A DNA stretch of 64,000 nt from the human T2T-CHM13v2.0 reference genome, Homo sapiens. Of the stretch, positions 44,531 through 64,000 are shown piece after piece; the first letter of the stretch is position 1, and each line of letters starts with the position of its first letter. Where the stretch lies: NCBI RefSeq assembly GCF_009914755.1, contig NC_060925.1. One strand, written 5' to 3'. The notes beneath the pieces were generated by a model that worked only from the letters and a program-made list of their open reading frames with translations, ran no database searches and was not told the DNA's origin. A program made the translations under genes and the position numbers.

Positions 44531-44960
44531 GGAGTTAGTAACTGGGAGCACAGAGTTGGAAACAGCTTAGGGGAAGATGGAGAAGGAAGAAACGGGGAAT
44601 GATCAAGATGTGGGCACCATGATGTGGCAGGAAACCGACTTAGATGTTCAGAAGAAGTCAGTGCAGATACGGAGGAAATGGGAATGGGAAGAAGTCTGCA
44701 AAGCCAGGAGAACCGAGGAAAGGCTTTTGCCTCCAGAGGTCACATTGCGTTATAAAACTCTGGGTGGTAAAAGATTATAGGCTTAGACCAGTGTCTTTGG
44801 ATTCTAATGCTGGCTGCTCTCCATAGTCCATCTGATTCCCCAGAAGTCAGTTATAGCTCTTCGCAAACCTTGGTGACTTCTTATTTTCTTTCTTGTTTAT
44901 CCAAGATTACCTGGCTGGTGTTTGCTTGTTCTGGAGTGATCTTCTGACTGGAAAAGAACT

Positions 44961-45023
44961 ATGTCATGGATCAAGGAAGGAGAGCTGTCACTTTGGGAGC
45001 GGTTCTGTGCCAACATCATAAAG
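44961..45023 (+). CDS. DHDDS: DHDDS exon 2 coding part ([21 protein letters not shown]); exon starts 44906
   Basis: ATG 44961; donor AAG|GTGAGC; recognised N-terminus of human dehydrodolichyl diphosphate synthase. Confidence 0.95.
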
Positions 45024-45384
45024 GTGAGCAATGGCCCAGAGCACCGGTTGGCCTTCTGGTCAGTTGGATAATCTTATATAAAAACCTGTTATTAAAGTTG
45101 ATGATGTTAAGTGCAATTCATGATGTTAAGTGGAATTTAGCAAGGAAACCAAAGAGTCTTAGAATGGTAACTTCCAGGTCTACATTTCTGGTAGACTTTT
45201 GTCCTAACTCTGATATTTTCTGGAAGCCCAGGCCTCTTAATGTCACTGGGCAGCCTAGACTGCTAAGTATTCTTTATAGAGAACTGAAATTTGTTTCCCT
45301 GGAACATTGATCCATTGTTCCATGTACTGTCTTCTTGATTTAAATAGGTTAATCTTTGATATATTCTTTGATCTGTCAGTAGAG

Positions 45385-49995
<4,611 letters not shown>

Positions 49996-50176
49996 AAGTA
50001 AGTAACTAAGTAAGTAAACTTTAATGTCTTTTTACTGAGTTAAAAGCACAAAGTACCCAATTCCCTTCGTCAGGGTTTTCATCACATAGCCCAAACATAT
50101 CACCTTGGGGTGTAGTGTCTTCCTTTATCCCTGAAGAATATGAGACCTGTTCATCATTTGTCTTCCTATTCCACAG

Positions 50177-50293
50177 GCAGGCCCAATGCCGAAACACATT
50201 GCATTCATAATGGACGGGAACCGTCGCTATGCCAAGAAGTGCCAGGTGGAGCGGCAGGAAGGCCACTCACAGGGCTTCAACAAGCTAGCTGAG
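50177..50293 (+). CDS. DHDDS: DHDDS exon 3 (117 nt; catalytic [13 protein letters not shown] motif)
   Basis: ccacag|GCA...GAG|GTGGGT; cis-prenyltransferase region I motif with D34, R37, R38; K42 = AAG 50237-50239. Confidence 0.98.
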
Positions 50294-50451
50294 GTGGGTG
50301 TGTATGGCAGAGCCCAAAGTGAACAGTCTGTGGAGAGGTAGATTATAGCTAGAAAACCAGGCTCTGAGTTTGCTGTGGTTGGAGAGTGTTTTTTGTATCT
50401 GTCTCTGTGTTTTATTGTTTGCTTGCTAGCTATAGATCTCATCTTGACATT

Positions 50452-53975
<3,524 letters not shown>

Positions 53976-54661
53976 TCAACTTCTGTTCTACCTCCTCCTT
54001 TTCCTCTCTAGGCAACTACCGTTCTGATTTCTGTAACTATAAATTTGTTTTTCCCATTCTAGAACTCCATATAATGGAATCAGACAGTTGAGGATTTTTG
54101 ACATATTCTTCAACTCTGAGCCTGTTTTATCATTTGTAAAGTAGGCATGAAAACAGTAGTGTCATTTTAAAGTGGTTGTTCAAAGAATCAAATGAAATTA
54201 TGTGAAAACCCTTTGCAGGCTATTAAATGCTACACAGCTGTCCAGTTGTTGCTTTTTTTCTTTTAACTCAGCCTCTCAACCTACCAGAATAATGAAGTTA
54301 TGCTGTGAGTAATAACACCTTGTGTTTTTATATTGTTCGTTAGCCACCTTGTAAGGGATGGATTGTGATCCCATATTACAGGTAAGGAGACTTCAACCTA
54401 GAGAAATTAAATGATTTGATTCCAGTCACATAAGTGCATGCTGGAGTCAGGGACTAGAGCCTATGTCTTTACACTCTCAGTGCAGAGTTCTTTCTTGTAG
54501 TGCACAATGCCATCAGCATTCACTAAGATCACATTTTTCAGTTTCTTCAATGGTGGTTTTCTGCTTATTTGATGCATTAATTCTGACATAAACACTGATG
54601 TTATCCTAGCTTCACCCAGCTTTGGGGAGGAGAAAAGTCTGTCTCCTATCTCCAACTCTGA

Positions 54662-54883
<222 letters not shown>

Positions 54884-56471
54884 TAAGATGCTATCAGAGG
54901 GGAGAGCATGTTCTTCCACCACCCCCAGCCTTATCCTAACCCTTGAAATTCTGTTATCTGAGGCTTACTTAAGGGACTTGCAACTCTTTTTAATGTTAGT
55001 TAGATATCTTGGGTGGCAAATATCAGAAATACAAGATAGTCTTTCATTCTTTATTTCTAACTTTTTTTTTTTAATAAAAAAGGGGGCATTTATTTGAGGA
55101 TATTGAGGGGTGTCACATGATTTAAGAACAAGTACAGCCAGCCTCAAGCAAAACTGAAACCAGGAATTAAACCCACTAGGTAGAACCTCTGTATTCATTT
55201 ATTTCCACCTCTCTCTGCAGACCAGTTTTCTCTTGCTTCAAAAGAGCAGCCTGGAATCAATAAAATCCCTTAATTGGGATCCCTAAATTCTATCAGATTT
55301 CTACCCCAGAGCCAATAAACTATGGCCAAGGAAGTGGAGTTAAAGAAAACATTGAGGAAGTCATTTTCTGCTGCACAGTGAACCCTAAAAAGTTACTGTA
55401 CTCCCCCTGCATAGTCTTTTGGGAGGGATAGGATGATGCATAAGAGACATTTATGGGGAAGCATCAGTACCATTCTTAGCTGTCAGTAAGTTTAGGCTTA
55501 ACTTAGGGAATAAAGCCAGAGAGGGGCAAAGACAAATTTCAGTGGAGACTGCTTGCTTCAAAGTATGGAGCCCTTACCAGCCAGAATTGCCCGAAAGTCT
55601 TAGTTACAACTGTTGTGTGCCCAGCTCCTACCTGTACCAGGAAGATGAGAGAACAGTGAGCCTAGAACTCCAGTGAAGATGAGCCTAGAACAATGGGTGG
55701 TAGGGAGGGTAGCCAGGCTTCCTTCTGTCTATATTAGGATGGTGAGACTCTGGGCTACAGACATTGCTCCCCGGTCCCCAGCAGAGCCTGTGTGGCTCAG
55801 AGTTTACACCTAAGGAGCCGGGGATGGAGGCATGGGGGGCATATCCCACTAATCTTACCTTTTTAAAGTGTTTACTATATGCCAGGCTTTGAGCCTAAAA
55901 TATATTCTTACTCATCCTGTAATCACATTATACCATGACAAAGATATTATTAGCCAATTTTTAGAGAGAAGGAAAGTAGTTAACCAAAGAAGTTAAGGCA
56001 TATATCCTGGGTCACACAGCTATCAGACAGGCAGAGCCAAGGTGCACACCTGGATCTTTTTGACTCCAGAGCTGAGCTATCATCTACTACACTGTGCTCT
56101 GAGAGACAGACCATATTACAATTCCTGCAAGATCAAAACGCATGGCAGAAGAGATGCTAATGAGATTGCGCTGATCAGTTAGTAGTAGAGAAAATGGTCT
56201 TCGTTTATCATGAAGTCCTGGCAAAAGCAAGAAGAAACTCAGAGGTGCTTTTCCATTAATGTGCCACAGAACCCCAAGGTCTGAGGAGGTGTAGAAAGAA
56301 CCTAGTGGGAATGGGGTAGGGGGTGCTGAGTTGCATTTACCTATTTTATGTGTTGGGCTTCTGTGTAGAATTTGATTTGAAGAAAGGGTTCTTTGGCTAA
56401 AAGAAGGTGGGAAAACCACTGGCCTGATTCTGTTTCATCAGTTGGGAAACTAAACCCTAGTAAAGAGAAGA

Positions 56472-58107
<1,636 letters not shown>

Positions 58108-58200
58108 CTATATGACCCTGGGCAGTCCCTATCTGACTGTCCTGTCTGAGCCTTGGCACTGAAGTAAGTTTCTTTCAGAGTTGTTGAAGGGATGCAATGA

Positions 58201-58452
<252 letters not shown>

Positions 58453-59072
58453 TAAGTTCTCAGATTTCCCTATAGGGAGCTGTTTCAATCTTTGATTCCC
58501 TGCTGGCTTTAGGGAGACGTCCTGGGCTTTCCTTGGTCTGGATTGGTGCAAGGGGCAATGAGAGAGTAGGTTGAGCAGCTTAGAGACTTTCTCCGTCTGC
58601 AGGGCACACCAGACATGATTCTGCAATAACATGTTATATGTGTGTATACTGACACATACACATAGTTTCTCTTTCCTCCTTTCTCTGCCCAGCCCCCACC
58701 AAATAAGTGTGTGTGTGTGTGTGTGTGGGTGTGTTTTTACTTGACAGGGAATGGGATCGGAATACAGCAGTTCTTATCCCTGACTTTGAAGACAGATCCT
58801 TCAAGAAATTCTTGTTCTGTTCCACTCCTTTAACCTATGGATAGGATGACCTTGGGAGGTCATACAGATGTACAGGGGAATAGAGTTCAATAATCCAAAC
58901 TCTGTGATGTGTAGCTTTGAAATATAACGTGTATTTTGGCAGTGGACTTGTTTTACATCAAATCTCCTTCCTATTTTCCTTTGTTTGTGCCAATATCACA
59001 GTAGAGTCTTCCTCTGAAAGCCGGTGTACAGTAGAAGGGGAGAGGGTTAGGACGGCAATAGGAGCTATTTGG

Positions 59073-59380
<308 letters not shown>

Positions 59381-59467
59381 CTAGTTACATGTTTATTCCA
59401 AGAAAACTTGGAAACCACAAAAAACTCATAATTTCACCTTTCAGAGGTATCCACAATTAACATTTGA

Positions 59468-59764
<297 letters not shown>

Positions 59765-60165
59765 TAGGAGGCCGAGGTGGGCAGTCCACTTGAGGCAGGC
59801 CAGGAGTTCAAGACCAGCCTGGCCAACATGGCAAAACTCCCTCTTTTCAACAACAACAACAAAAAAGCAGGCCTGTACCAAACCATAAAGCCCCTCTGTG
59901 CCATGTACTTGGCCAGAGGTCTAATTAGGGGAGCATGTGGAAAGATTTAAGGGGATCTCCCAAATTTAGAGATTAGGATTGGCTTATTACAACCTGCTTC
60001 AGAACTAGAGTTCACCACACACCAAGAAACCCCAGAGAAAGAGCAAAGCAGATGACAAAGCCATGTTATTATTCCTTTACAAATTATACCCTCCTGGCCC
60101 TTTGGTAGTGTTTTTCCAAGAATGACTTTTCATGAATGCAGTTTGTTGGGGCTAGAGTTCTTTAG

Positions 60166-64000
<3,835 letters not shown>

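Noticed and set aside
44336-44939. Spliced 29-aa uORF in the DHDDS leader (ATG 44336 to TGA 44937-44939)
   Set aside because: It exists only if transcription starts upstream of 44336, which I cannot determine; the ATG is part of the UPRE motif.
44966-45310. 114-aa ORF at DHDDS exon 2
   Set aside because: It runs through the 45024 donor into intron 2; only the spliced 57-aa version is plausible (see findings).
50174-50180. Tandem acceptor CAG|GCAG at DHDDS exon 3
   Set aside because: A 4-nt shift would frameshift; a common motif with no evidence of use.

Overview
Human (or very closely related great-ape) genomic DNA covering the LIN28A-DHDDS region (chr1p36.11, recognised from the proteins). 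The window holds the complete LIN28A gene on +: 4 coding exons (31+197+185+217 = 630 nt, 209 aa, cold-shock domain plus two CCHC knuckles) and a ~3.27 kb 3'UTR. About 2.6 kb downstream are exons 1-6 of DHDDS on + (cis-prenyltransferase; first 180 codons plus 2 nt; the gene runs past the window end). Roughly a third of the window is Alu (about 75-80 copies/fragments by eye), with MIR, L1, L2, MER47A, MER20 and MER94 relics and an ~890 bp AT-rich expansion. Almost all ORFs in the supplied track are Alu or intron noise. This is a well-studied locus and I found no convincing wholly new system. The best leads are: (i) DHDDS exons 5+6 could circularise into a 219-nt stop-free ring with a strong AUG, and they are bracketed by oppositely oriented Alu clusters; (ii) a latent 63-nt poison exon in DHDDS intron 5 is one base from a consensus donor; (iii) an AUG-UAG start-stop element sits at the LIN28A 5' end; (iv) an inverted pair of UPRE/XBP1-type sites lies at the DHDDS start; (v) tandem RE1/REST sites abut an AP-1 site upstream of LIN28A; (vi) a perfect 64-bp palindrome lies inside the AT expansion. 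Repeat boundaries and subfamily names are by eye and approximate.
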